From Cyanophyceae cyanobacterium (GTDB lineage: Bacteria > Cyanobacteriota > Cyanobacteriia > Cyanobacteriales > Laspinemataceae), in the NCBI GenBank assembly GCA_038321985.1, contig JBBQFN010000013.1, forward strand, positions 32,001 to 96,000: a stretch of DNA of 64,000 nt, given 5' to 3'. Below the pieces are notes generated by a model. That model was not told the origin of the DNA. It was given only the letters and a program-made list of their open reading frames with translations, and searched no databases. Below, one piece after another: positions 40,056 through 51,262 of this stretch (the first letter of the stretch is position 1; each line of letters starts with the position of its first letter). Both the position numbers and the translations under genes were made by a program.

Positions 40056-41014
40056 TGTTTAAACCCCGCTTTTAATGCCGATTCATTGAGATTGCGCCCA
40101 ATAAATACCAGCTCATTTTTCGGTGTTTCTGTGGATTTCCATGGGCGATCGCGATTGCTATCAAATAACATATGAACCCCCTGAAACACAAACCGATTGC
40201 TTTCTCCAGCAATGTTGAGAATTCCCTTCATTCTAAAGATATCGGTTCCCTGGGTTCGCAACAGTTCCCCCAGCCATTCATGAACCTTTTCTCCATCCAC
40301 GGCACCGGGTTCGACTAGGGCGATCGAAGTCACGGTTTCATCATGTTCGTGAGCATCTTCGGTTAAGAAATTCGGGTCAATATCTAGGGCGCGATTTAAG
40401 TCAAATGCTCTCACCCCCAGCAGTGCATCCATTTCCACATCTGCATCCTGAGTGCGGTGAATCTTGGCGATCGCATTCATCCCCCGAATCCGCCTTTCTA
40501 GCTCATCTAACTCCGCCTCACTCACTAAGTCTATCTTATTCAACAAAATTACATCCGCAAAGGCAATTTGCTCTTGAGCCTCACTGGCCTCCCAATGCTG
40601 TAAAATATGTTTGGCATCCACCACTGTTACCACCGCATCCAGCATCAACTTTGACTGGATATCCTCATCCACAAAGAACGTCTGAATCACCGGCGCTGGA
40701 TCCGCTAGTCCCGTGGTTTCGATCGCAATATGATCAAATTTATTGCGTCGCTTCATCAAATTGCCAATAATACGAATCAAGTCTCCCCGCACTGTACAAC
40801 AGATACAGCCGTTATTCATCTCAAAGATTTCTTCATCGGCGTCAATCACCAACTGATTATCAATTCCGACCTCTCCGAACTCGTTGACAATCACAGCAAC
40901 TTTTTTGCCATGTTCTTCCGTCAAAATCCGGTTAAGTAGGGTCGTTTTACCACTACCCAAGTACCCCGTCAGCACAGTTACTGGGACCCTAGTCTGTTCC
41001 GTTCCTGGCACCAT
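40043..41014 (-). CDS. COG0523/CobW family GTPase metallochaperone
   Basis: [39 protein letters not shown] 41014 preferred because the longer start overlaps the Zur box region. Confidence 0.93.
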   Translation of the reverse strand: MVPGTEQTRVPVTVLTGYLGSGKTTLLNRILTEEHGKKVAVIVNEFGEVGIDNQLVIDADEEIFEMNNGCICCTVRGDLIRIIGNLMKRRNKFDHIAIETTGLADPAPVIQTFFVDEDIQSKLMLDAVVTVVDAKHILQHWEASEAQEQIAFADVILLNKIDLVSEAELDELERRIRGMNAIAKIHRTQDADVEMDALLGVRAFDLNRALDIDPNFLTEDAHEHDETVTSIALVEPGAVDGEKVHEWLGELLRTQGTDIFRMKGILNIAGESNRFVFQGVHMLFDSNRDRPWKSTETPKNELVFIGRNLNESALKAGFKQCLV

Positions 41015-41038
41015 AGCAGATTTCCTCAACGAATACAA

Positions 41039-41053
41039 TAATAATCATTCTCA
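41039..41053. promoter_or_regulatory. Zur-type box 1
   Basis: TAATAATCATTCTCA (reverse complement TGAGAATGATTATTA) against the cyanobacterial Zur consensus TGATAATNATTATCA; just downstream of a TAGAAT -10 on the minus strand. Confidence 0.8.
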
Positions 41054-41104
41054 TTCTCATTCTAGGGTGAACGGAGAGAAATGACAAGGTGGGATTAGAA
41101 CCCG

Positions 41105-41157
41105 AACCCCACCCCTGATATTCCTGCCTTATTCATCTGGTTTGAGGGGGTGGGGTT
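41105..41157 (-). terminator. Stem-loop after hemB
   Basis: AACCCCACCCC/GGGGTGGGGTT inverted repeat 20 nt past the hemB stop. Confidence 0.45.
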
Positions 41158-41177
41158 TAGCAACCCGGGTAAACGGT

Positions 41178-42257
<1,080 letters not shown>

Positions 42258-42373
42258 TTATATTTTGACTTTAAAGGCTTGAACTCTGTAAGTCCAATAT
42301 TAAAATTTATACCCCTAGAGTTCCCCTTGAAAAAGCATTCATAAAAACCTCCTAAAAAAGGGAAATTTTTATA

Positions 42374-43408
42374 CTATTGAAGTCCAGATTCTGTCCCGGC
42401 GAATGGAGTACATTGACCGCCCAATCCCGTGACAATAATGCAGGTATTAGAGACCAACATTTGCACATAAGTGCCTGTTTCGCTCCCCCTCGGACCCAGG
42501 CCATCGGCCATCAAAGAACGGGGCGCAATCTGAATATTTGCTTCCCGGGCTAAATTATTCATTACTCGGTCATTGGATGTAACTTCGACAAAGACTGTCG
42601 GCACTCCCTCAGCCCGAATTAACTCCACTAATTCCCGAAATCGAGCCGCATTAGGTTGTTCGCTGGTACTCAGTCCCATCAGGGATTCAGCTACTTGAAA
42701 ATTGTAAGCCTGAGCATAGTAGCCTAGGGCATCATGGGTGGTAACTAAGACTCTTTGGTTGGGGGGAATAGTGGCAACCTGTGCCTTAATCCAGGTGTCT
42801 AATTGTTCTAATTGGCTACGAAGATTATTAATATTTTGGCGGTAAGTATTGGCCCCTGGCGGGTCAATTTGTTCGAGAGAATTGGCGATCGCCTCAGCCA
42901 TGCGAATTCCATTACGGACATCATGCCAAACATGGGGATCGGGAACTTCCTCTTCATCCTGATGAGATCCCCCCTGGCTAGGACTCTCACCATGACCCTG
43001 ATGATCTTCCCCTAAGATTGGATTAGGAACGGCAATTTCATGAACGGCTATTTTCGGTGCAGAATTGCGAGTATTTTGAATGAGTTGGGCGATCGCCGGT
43101 TCAAAGGCATATCCCCCATATAAAATAAGTTGGGCAGTTTCGATCGCCCTCAAGTCTTGGGGTCGAGGTTGATAAGTGTGAGGGTCTTGACCCCCTTCGA
43201 TTAAGCAAGTGAGAGCAATGCGATCGCGAGCAATCCGTTCAGCCAAATCGCACAAAACACTATAGCTTGCCACCACCTTGGGCTTTGCTTGGGCGCGGGT
43301 GAGAGGGTTAACCGTAGTGGCGATCGCCCATCCGGCTACTCCGAGAACGGCAGTGGTTAAGGTTGCACCCCAGAGGCGCTGAATTTTTCGGTTGAGACGA
43401 TTGAGCAT
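42374..43408 (-). CDS. znuA: Zn/Mn ABC transporter substrate-binding protein (ZnuA-like)
   Basis: DPHTY, DPHVWHD, THDALGY; short His/acidic loop; divergent from the ABC ATPase across a Zur box. Start could be 43432. Confidence 0.85.
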   Translation of the reverse strand: MLNRLNRKIQRLWGATLTTAVLGVAGWAIATTVNPLTRAQAKPKVVASYSVLCDLAERIARDRIALTCLIEGGQDPHTYQPRPQDLRAIETAQLILYGGYAFEPAIAQLIQNTRNSAPKIAVHEIAVPNPILGEDHQGHGESPSQGGSHQDEEEVPDPHVWHDVRNGIRMAEAIANSLEQIDPPGANTYRQNINNLRSQLEQLDTWIKAQVATIPPNQRVLVTTHDALGYYAQAYNFQVAESLMGLSTSEQPNAARFRELVELIRAEGVPTVFVEVTSNDRVMNNLAREANIQIAPRSLMADGLGPRGSETGTYVQMLVSNTCIIVTGLGGQCTPFAGTESGLQ

Positions 43409-43497
43409 AATACTGGATTGGGTTGACGACAAACTGATGAGGGACCAAGGATTTAGAGCTAGGGACCCCCGGGGATTTCCTTCCTAGTGTACTATAA

Positions 43498-43512
43498 TAA
43501 TAATCATTCTCA
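43498..43512. promoter_or_regulatory. Zur-type box 2 (divergent znuA / znuCB promoter)
   Basis: TAATAATCATTCTCA, identical to box 1, overlapping TATAAT at 43493-43498. Confidence 0.82.
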
Positions 43513-43531
43513 TTTTAATTTTGGCAAGTCG

Positions 43532-44254
43532 ATGATGCTTGAAGTTGAAGATTTAGCAGTCAACTACCGGAAATTGCGGGCTTTAGAGGGAGTAAGTTTT
43601 GCGATCGCCCCGGGTCAGGTCGTGGGGCTACTGGGTCCTAATGGGGCCGGAAAAAGTACCCTAATTAAAGCGATGTTGGGGTTGATTCCGAGTTGCAGTG
43701 GCCGGGTGCAGTTTGGGTCGCAACCCTTAAAAAAGCAATTATCCCGAGTCGCCTATGTTCCTCAACGCAGCCAAATAGATTGGCATTATCCGATTTCAGT
43801 GTGGAATGTAGTGATGATGGGGCGAACGGCCCAAACCGGGTGGTTTCGGGACCCCTCCCGGCAGTCGCGAGAACGGGTGGCCTCGGTCATTGAACGGGTG
43901 GGATTATCCAACTATTCCCAGACTCAAATTGGAGAACTATCCGGGGGACAGCAACAGCGAGTTTTTTTAGCCCGAGCATTGGTTCAAGAAGCGGATTTAC
44001 TATTATTTGATGAACCCTTTGCTGGAGTGGACAAGCCAACGGAAGAGGTAATTTTTACTGTTTTTAATGAACAAAAATCCCTGGGTAAAACCTTGCTGGC
44101 GATTGGGCATGACTTAGGAGACACCCTGAATCATTATGACCAGTTAATTTTATTAAACAAAAAAATTGTGGCCCAAGGATTTCCTACAGAAGTCTTAACC
44201 CAAACGAACCTCCATCAAGCCTATAATACGCCCTTAGCCGTTGTTTTAGTGTGA
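43532..44254 (+). CDS. znuC: Zn/Mn ABC transporter ATP-binding protein
   Basis: GPNGAGKST, YVPQ, LSGGQQQR, DEPFAGVD. Start reassigned to ATG 43532, downstream of the promoter. Confidence 0.88.
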   Translation: MMLEVEDLAVNYRKLRALEGVSFAIAPGQVVGLLGPNGAGKSTLIKAMLGLIPSCSGRVQFGSQPLKKQLSRVAYVPQRSQIDWHYPISVWNVVMMGRTAQTGWFRDPSRQSRERVASVIERVGLSNYSQTQIGELSGGQQQRVFLARALVQEADLLLFDEPFAGVDKPTEEVIFTVFNEQKSLGKTLLAIGHDLGDTLNHYDQLILLNKKIVAQGFPTEVLTQTNLHQAYNTPLAVVLV

Positions 44255-44263
44255 GGAAAATCT

Positions 44264-45130
44264 GTGATCCATTGGCTCATAGAACCCCTGAGTTTTGAGT
44301 TTATGCGAAATGCCTTAATGATTGGCATTTTGTTGGGAATTCTGAGCGCCGTGGTGGGTTCTTTTTTAATCGTTCAGCAAATGGGAATGATGGGGGATGT
44401 GATTGCCCATTCCGTCGTCCCCGGTTTATCCATTGCTTTCTTTTTGGGGCTAGATCTGTCCATTGGGGCCTTTCTGGCTGGGACCCTGAGTGCAGTTGGG
44501 GTGGGTTGGATTTGCTCTCAATCCCGGGTGAATCCCGATGCCGCGATGGCGTTGGTGATGTCAGGATTTTTGGCATTAGGAGTCTCCTTAATTGAAGGAT
44601 TAGGGACGAAAACCCTGGATCTGCATCATATTTTGTTTGGGAATATTTTAGGGGTAGCCCCGGGGGATTTATGGCATACCCTTGCCATCACCTTGACTAT
44701 TTTAATCTTCACCAAACAGTTTTATAAGGAGTTGCTATTTTATACCTTTGACCCCTGGGGGGCGAAGGCAAGTGGATTGCCGGTGAATTGGATTTATTTT
44801 GGGTTGATTGCGGCGATTGCTTTGACGGCGATCGCCACCATGCAGGCGGTGGGAGTTTTGCTGGTGATGGCTTTATCCATTGGTCCGAGTCTGACAGTTT
44901 ATCTGTTTGGAAAAGAGTTGCACCAGATGATGATTGGCGGGTCCATAATCGGGGCGTTTTCTTGTGTGGTGGGAATGTATGCCAGCTATTATTGGAATCT
45001 CCCTTCTGGTCCAGCGATCGCCTTAGTGGTGGTCGGGTTATTTTTGTTGGTGTTTCTGTTCAATCCCAAGAGTGGTATTTTCACCGAACCTCATCTCACC
45101 GGATGGGTTGCAAAATTTAAGCAAAAATGA
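44264..45130 (+). CDS. znuB: Zn/Mn ABC transporter permease
   Basis: GDVIAHSVVPG, ILFGNIL, TFDP, PSGPAI; multiple TM segments. Confidence 0.88.
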   Translation: MIHWLIEPLSFEFMRNALMIGILLGILSAVVGSFLIVQQMGMMGDVIAHSVVPGLSIAFFLGLDLSIGAFLAGTLSAVGVGWICSQSRVNPDAAMALVMSGFLALGVSLIEGLGTKTLDLHHILFGNILGVAPGDLWHTLAITLTILIFTKQFYKELLFYTFDPWGAKASGLPVNWIYFGLIAAIALTAIATMQAVGVLLVMALSIGPSLTVYLFGKELHQMMIGGSIIGAFSCVVGMYASYYWNLPSGPAIALVVVGLFLLVFLFNPKSGIFTEPHLTGWVAKFKQK

Positions 45131-45167
45131 CGGCGATCGCCTCAATGCTTCTCGGTCTAAATTATAA

Positions 45168-45182
45168 TGAGAATCATTCTAA
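45168..45182. promoter_or_regulatory. Zur-type box 3
   Basis: TGAGAATCATTCTAA overlapping TATAAT (45163-45168), 14 nt before ATG 45197. Confidence 0.75.
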
Positions 45183-45196
45183 TTTTAGAGCCAATT

Positions 45197-46438
45197 ATGA
45201 ACCTTACCCCTGGATCCAGACTTGGGAAAATTGACATAGCAATCATCGGCGCGGGACCTCATGCCCTCACCTTAGCTACCCATTTGCTGCAAAAACGTAA
45301 GGAAATGCGGGGTAAATTTGTCGTGTTTGACCCCAGTGGGCAATGGTTGAGTCAATGGTCCCAGCAATTTGCCGCCCAAGAGATTCCTCATTTGCGGAGT
45401 CCGGCAGTCCACCATCCGGACCCAGACCCCTATAGTTTGCGCCGGTTTGCTCAAAATCGGGGGGATGAGTTATTTCCCCCCTATGATTTACCGGGGACGA
45501 AACTGTTTGAGGAGTTTTGCCGGGAGACGATCGCCCGGTGGCACCTTGAAAATGCAGTGATTCCAGGGAAAGTGACTGCTGTCGAGCCCTTATCCGAGTC
45601 TCGGGGATTTCGGTTAGAGAGAGAGGGGGATTCCCCTGTTATGGCGCGACGAGTGGTGATGGCAACCGGGGGCGGGAGGCCCTCTTTCCCAGACTGGGTG
45701 CAGCAGATTGAAACCGACTACCCCCCCCATCGCCTTTGTCATTCCCAGTCTGTGGATTTACGGCAGTTGAATTTGAGGGGCGATCGCCTCTTGATTATTG
45801 GGGGTGGATTAACCAGTGGACATCTGGCCCTGGGCGCAACATCCCGAGGGGCCAAGGTCACCCTGATGATTAAGCGGCGACTTCAAGAAAAACTGTTTGA
45901 TGCGGAACCCGGTTGGTTGGGTCCTAAATATCTGAAGGGATTTGTAGCCGAATCAGATTGGAGTCAACGTTGGAAGTTGATCCAACAGGCGCGAGATGGG
46001 GGGTCAATGACTCCGGAAGTGGCGACGCGCTTGCGCCGGGAAAGTCGCAATGGTAGCCTCGTGATTCAGGAGGAATGTCAGGTGGTGAGGGCGGTTTGGA
46101 ATGCGGGAGAATGGCAGATTGTTTGTAATGATGGGACAACCTATACTTGCGATCGCATTTGGGTTGCTACGGGTACAACGGTCGATATCACTGCGGAACC
46201 CTTATTTGAGTCTGTATTAGCAGCCTATCCGATACCCCTTGTCAAGGGGTTGCCTGTCCTCGATGAACATTTACGTTGGCCCGGTTGTGAACTGTTTGTC
46301 ATGGGTGCTTTGGCAGCGTTACAGGTCGGTCCGGTCGCGCGAAATTTATCTGGGGCGAGGATGGCGAGCGATCGCATACAACCGGCGTTAACCAAGGCTA
46401 GTGTGAGAAAATCACTCCCTGCTTTACGTTATGCTTGA
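45197..46438 (+). CDS. FAD/NAD(P)-dependent oxidoreductase (IucD/SidA-like fold)
   Basis: IAIIGAGPHAL, HLRSP, IIGGGLTSG, ATG motifs, GPVARNLSGAR. Confidence 0.85.
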   Translation: MNLTPGSRLGKIDIAIIGAGPHALTLATHLLQKRKEMRGKFVVFDPSGQWLSQWSQQFAAQEIPHLRSPAVHHPDPDPYSLRRFAQNRGDELFPPYDLPGTKLFEEFCRETIARWHLENAVIPGKVTAVEPLSESRGFRLEREGDSPVMARRVVMATGGGRPSFPDWVQQIETDYPPHRLCHSQSVDLRQLNLRGDRLLIIGGGLTSGHLALGATSRGAKVTLMIKRRLQEKLFDAEPGWLGPKYLKGFVAESDWSQRWKLIQQARDGGSMTPEVATRLRRESRNGSLVIQEECQVVRAVWNAGEWQIVCNDGTTYTCDRIWVATGTTVDITAEPLFESVLAAYPIPLVKGLPVLDEHLRWPGCELFVMGALAALQVGPVARNLSGARMASDRIQPALTKASVRKSLPALRYA

Positions 46439-46914
46439 AGGCGTTTGACATAGATGCGATCGCACCGTGCCGTTTCGACTCCCGTTGCTGGGAGATAGCC
46501 GTTGCGTTCATAAAGTTGCACGGCTTCCGTGAGAATGCTGGCGGTTTCGATCCAGATTTCGGAAAACTCACGGGAGGCGATCGCACTTTCGAGTTGTTCC
46601 AAGAGAAATGTTCCCAACCCTTGACCTCTTACCCGAGGTACGAGGTACATTTTCCGAATTTCTACCGCATTGTTTCCCCGGACAACTGGATAATATCCGG
46701 CAGTACCCACAATTTTATCAGCCTGTGCTATTACCCAAAATTCTCCTCCTGTCTTGTGATAGGCTTTTTCTACTTCGATGACATCGCCATCGGCACCAGT
46801 CGGGTCCCAACCCAGGCCATATTCCCCTAAAATGGACCGAATCACCTCAGCCGCAGCGTTGCGATCGCTGGGTTGCCAGGAGCGAATTTGAAATGAGTTA
46901 TACTGTTGGTTCAT
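46429..46914 (-). CDS. GNAT family N-acetyltransferase
   Basis: EIRKMYL, RGQGLG, AVQLYERNGY; 3' end overlaps the oxidoreductase by 10 nt. Confidence 0.9.
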   Translation of the reverse strand: MNQQYNSFQIRSWQPSDRNAAAEVIRSILGEYGLGWDPTGADGDVIEVEKAYHKTGGEFWVIAQADKIVGTAGYYPVVRGNNAVEIRKMYLVPRVRGQGLGTFLLEQLESAIASREFSEIWIETASILTEAVQLYERNGYLPATGVETARCDRIYVKRLQA

Positions 46915-47831
46915 TTTCAGGACTAAAGGTTCTGCTTCGTTCTAGTGGCGGTTAAACCTTGCTCGATCTTACCTCAGTTTGTATAAAAAATAGGACCCGC
47001 CCCCTCCGATCTTCACGGTTCTGTTCTCCCCCCGGGTCTCTTTTTTTCTAACAGCCCTACTGACCCTTAAAGTTCGGTACACCTACTCCAAAAACCTCCG
47101 TATCTTTTGAACTCCTACCGTATTTCTACGGAACTTTTCTGTAAAAATTTCCGTAATTCGCCCATTGTCACTTTTTACAAATTCCAGCTATTGTATAAGT
47201 AAAATACTTATTTCATCGCCTGATCGGTTCAGGGTGGGCCAGCAGTCCAGAAATTTTTGCAAAAATAAAGATAGGGGTGGTTAATAATCAACTTAACTCT
47301 CGGGGGAGAACGTTAAAAGCCGACGAGCGCTACCCCCGAAGAAAATAAAACGGGATAGAAGCATTCGGAGTATAGTATATGCCGGCAAATGATACACAAA
47401 TTTCTACCTAACGGCAGATGTTAAGAATGAAGGGTTTATAATAAATTAGAAGTATTGATCTGATTCCCAAACCCTTTATATTCTAGCAAAAAAAATAGAT
47501 AAATATTCCTCTATCTTCCAATTTTCAAAAAAACAGAGGGAGTATATTTAGCTTTGCTGCGGTTCAGTGATTCCCGCACCAGTAAGCAGGACCGCCTGAA
47601 TCTCTCTATCTAGCTATCCCTGGGAAGTCGATTGCTCTCTAAAATTTAGAACCGCAAGTCAGCTAACCCGGAGGGAAACGGAGCCCGGAAAAATAGGGGG
47701 CTTCTTCAACTCTAGGGGCAACACAAGATAGAAATAAGATGCTTCAGAAATTGTCTCTTATAAGTTAGAGGAAATTAAAGCAATATAAGAGTCCAATATT
47801 TTATAAAATTAGATAGCTAGAGGAAACTAGG

Positions 47832-50240
47832 ATGAAAGAAATCACTCAACTTTTTCAAATTAATCTCAGGCGACTTTTGGGTAAGCCAGAGGTTAGGGAC
47901 ATTCTGGCCCCACTGCTGGCGGCAATGCAGGGGGAAGGCTGCACGATCTGGGATACAAAAGGACAAATCCCCTTAGGGACTCAGGGTGAAGGACAAGGCG
48001 AAAGCTATCCGATTGAGCTTTCTGGGGAAGTGTTAGGCTGGGTGAGGGGAGGGGAGGGAGCAAAATCTGTAAGCAAGTTACTGGCATATTTGGCGAAAAA
48101 AGAGCAAGAGAAGAAGCACCTCGCCCATGAAGCGCTAGATAAATATCGCGAAATTACCCTGCTGTACGATATTTCTCAAAAATTAACCGCCTGCTTAGAT
48201 GTGAAGGAGGTCGCGAAAGTCGTTCTGGATGAAGCCCAAAGGCTAATGGGGTCTAGTAGGGGGTCGATACTGTTACTCAACCCCAGCAGTGGAGAGATCG
48301 AAACCTTAGCTGAGTTTGGAGAAACCGGGGAGGAAACAACCAAACTTAAGTTAGGAGAAGGAATTATCGGCCAGGTGATCGCTTCAGGAATAGGAGAAAT
48401 TGTCAACGAAGTCAGTAGTGACTCCAGAAAAGCTCCCTGGGAAAAGCAGATAAAATCTCTGATTGCAGTTCCCTTGAAGACGAATGATCGATCAATTGGT
48501 GGGATCGCAATCAGTACAGTGGAATCCCATACTTATGCGGCCGGGGATCTGAAATTGTTAACTATGCTGGCTTCTCAAGCAGCCTCAGCCCTAGAAAATG
48601 CAATTCTCCACGAATCAAAGTTGGAAGAAAGTCGCCGGGAAGCGCTGCTATTCCGGTTAGCGAGTCAGCTTCGGTACTCTCTAGATTTGGATACGATTTT
48701 AGATACAGCAGTGAGCGAGATCCGCACTCTCCTGGATATCGATCGCTGCTTTTTTATGTGGTATCGTCCCCACGCGGCCCAAGAAGCTTGGGAGGTGGTG
48801 AAAGAAGCTAAAACCCCGAAATGTCCGAGTTTGTTGGGATATTACTGTGCTGAAGAGATCGGTTCTTTGGCGGATCAGTTGATTGACCGAGAAACGGTCA
48901 GAGTCGATGAGGTGGAGAAGACCACCGATTCTCAAATGCGGGAGTTTTGTCAACAGCGAGGATTGAGTTCGATTGTGGCTTTACCGATCCAGACAAGATC
49001 AGGGGAAATCGGGGCGATCGCCTGCGGGAGTTGCGGCAAAACTCGGCCTTGGAGCGATCGCGAAGTGGAACTCTTAGAGGCGGTAGCGAATCAATTGGCG
49101 ATCGCGATCGAACACGCTGAAATGTATGAAAAAAGCCAGACCGTTGCCCTCGAAGCCCAAGCTCAAGCCCAAACACTCCAATGCACTCTCGAAGAACTCC
49201 AATACACCCAAAGCCAATTGATCCAAAGCGAAAAAATGTCGGGTCTTGGACAAATGGTAGCGGGGATTGCTCACGAGGTGAATAACCCCGTTAACTTTAT
49301 TCATGGCAATCTTGAATATGCCCACCAATATAGCTACGCCTTGCTAAGTTTGATTGATTTATATCAGCAGCATTGTCCGGAACCCAATGCGCAGATTCTC
49401 GAACACATTAAAGAGATTGAATTAGACTTTATTCGCTTAGACTTTCCCCGTTTACTCTCTTCAATGCTGATCGGAACCGAACGCATTGGCGAAATAGTTC
49501 AAAGTCTGCGAAATTTTTCTCGACTCGACGAAGCGCAGATGAAACCTGTAGATATTCATGAGGGGATTGACAGTACCCTGTTGATTCTGCAACATCGCTT
49601 AAAATCTGCCTCTGGACAATTCCAGATTGAGATTGTCAAAAACTATAGTTATTTGCCCAAGATAGAATGCTATGCCTCTTCCCTCAACCAAGTTTTTATG
49701 AACATCCTGAGTAATGCGATCGATGCGGTGGAAGAAAGGCCAGAAAAATCTGGAAAAATTACGATTAGTACCGAAGTGGTCAGTGGAGACTGGAACCGAA
49801 CCAGCGCTCATAGGGGCCAGGGAATAGTAACCCTTGATCAAGGGCGAGATTTATCGGCGGGCGATCGCTATTCTTCTTTGAAGTCCTACTCTTGTATCCC
49901 CTCCCATCCCTTGGCAGTCACCGCAGGGATGCCCGAGACAATCGCCTCTCCCTCCTTGGTAGTAATTCGGATTCGTGATAATGGATACGGAATCCCGGAA
50001 AACTTGCAAAAGCAACTATTTAACCCCTTCTATACCACTAAACCCGTCGGCAAAGGGACCGGACTTGGATTATCGATTAGTTACCAAATCGTCGTCGAAA
50101 AACATCGGGGACATCTGGTGTGTTCCTCCAAACCCGGAGAAGGCACAGAATTTACCATTATGATTCCCTTCAAACAACAAGTCGAAGTCCAGACTGAGGA
50201 AGTTCTAAATTGTCACTCTCATTGGGCTTTGAGTTCGTAG
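47832..50240 (+). CDS. GAF-GAF sensor histidine kinase (paralogue of 25088-27517)
   Basis: Same architecture; [26 protein letters not shown]. Confidence 0.93.
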   Translation: MKEITQLFQINLRRLLGKPEVRDILAPLLAAMQGEGCTIWDTKGQIPLGTQGEGQGESYPIELSGEVLGWVRGGEGAKSVSKLLAYLAKKEQEKKHLAHEALDKYREITLLYDISQKLTACLDVKEVAKVVLDEAQRLMGSSRGSILLLNPSSGEIETLAEFGETGEETTKLKLGEGIIGQVIASGIGEIVNEVSSDSRKAPWEKQIKSLIAVPLKTNDRSIGGIAISTVESHTYAAGDLKLLTMLASQAASALENAILHESKLEESRREALLFRLASQLRYSLDLDTILDTAVSEIRTLLDIDRCFFMWYRPHAAQEAWEVVKEAKTPKCPSLLGYYCAEEIGSLADQLIDRETVRVDEVEKTTDSQMREFCQQRGLSSIVALPIQTRSGEIGAIACGSCGKTRPWSDREVELLEAVANQLAIAIEHAEMYEKSQTVALEAQAQAQTLQCTLEELQYTQSQLIQSEKMSGLGQMVAGIAHEVNNPVNFIHGNLEYAHQYSYALLSLIDLYQQHCPEPNAQILEHIKEIELDFIRLDFPRLLSSMLIGTERIGEIVQSLRNFSRLDEAQMKPVDIHEGIDSTLLILQHRLKSASGQFQIEIVKNYSYLPKIECYASSLNQVFMNILSNAIDAVEERPEKSGKITISTEVVSGDWNRTSAHRGQGIVTLDQGRDLSAGDRYSSLKSYSCIPSHPLAVTAGMPETIASPSLVVIRIRDNGYGIPENLQKQLFNPFYTTKPVGKGTGLGLSISYQIVVEKHRGHLVCSSKPGEGTEFTIMIPFKQQVEVQTEEVLNCHSHWALSS

Positions 50241-50394
50241 ATTCATAGATTGAGGGTGAGGAGCTAAATTTTGAGCGGTGTTATGGGATTGGCTCCCGAA
50301 ATATTTCCCCTCCTCCTGCCCTGCCTCTGTTCCGGAGCGCATTTTAAGTCGGTGAGGAGTGCGGGCTAAGTGCGATCCCTCCAGAAGCCGGTGC

Positions 50395-50883
50395 TTACTT
50401 GAGCGTTTTAGGGGTGCGAGTTGGGATAAAATCGCTGGGCTGGTTGCGCAGAGTGTGATAGAGTTCAAGGACCTGTTGAGTATAAGTAGCAAACTCTGGG
50501 CGATCGTACAAGTTAGCATCACCCGACACCCACCAAGCCGCAGCACGACGCACGGCGATATCTTCATCGCTGCCACTCAGGGGATACTCGTTCCGTAATA
50601 CGTCATCCATCACGCAGACTAAAATATCTTGCGCTTTTCTCCGATTAGAGTTAAATTGTTCCGGAGTTAATTCCTCCCCAATACAGAGTCTTGACCACCT
50701 CGTAATATTTGCCGGTTTGATATTCCATGAACTATAAAGCTCATGATTCATCCCGGATGAATTGGATGTAACCAAGCGCAGTGCCTCCACCAGGGCTACA
50801 ACTTGGGATTCGGAGATTTGTCCCAATACTGGAAATGCCCATAATACAAAGCTGGCTAACAGTCCCCCCAGCAAAATTCGCAT
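50395..50883 (-). CDS. Exported hypothetical protein, possible lysozyme-like fold
   Basis: AGGAG SD; signal peptide; WNIKPANITRWS...RAAAWWVSG...YTQQVL pattern. Confidence 0.75.
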   Translation of the reverse strand: MRILLGGLLASFVLWAFPVLGQISESQVVALVEALRLVTSNSSGMNHELYSSWNIKPANITRWSRLCIGEELTPEQFNSNRRKAQDILVCVMDDVLRNEYPLSGSDEDIAVRRAAAWWVSGDANLYDRPEFATYTQQVLELYHTLRNQPSDFIPTRTPKTLK

Positions 50884-51262
50884 AAGTCTCCTCTAATAGT
50901 CCGCCCATTGATTTTGACTTATACTGGTGCAACTGTCTATCTTAAAAAAAAAATTATGATAAGGGAACAATAGAAAAATTTTTTTGTCCTTGATTGTTTA
51001 ATCTTTTTCTATTTAGCCTTACTCAAATAGACCCTTAGCGGTTGCCTGAAACATCAATTGTTATTCAAGTCAACTCATTTTTTTAAATTCACTTAATCTC
51101 TCTCGTGCCTAAACATAAAAAGCCGACTAGCCTTGTTAAGGTGGGTTAGGGGGATTGTTTGGGCAAAATACAGGGGGGTAGAAGGGGTTCCTCGAAAAAA
51201 TGAGGTGGATTCGGTCACGGTTGTTTTAACGGTTTGATAGACCTCCCAGGTGGCGATCGCCC

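Noticed and set aside
47570..47700. GTCAGCTAACCCGGAGG resembling the 3' end of a c-di-AMP (ydaO) riboswitch
   Set aside because: The conserved 5' elements (GGGGA...TGGGG) are not recognisable in the right order. An Infernal search would be needed.
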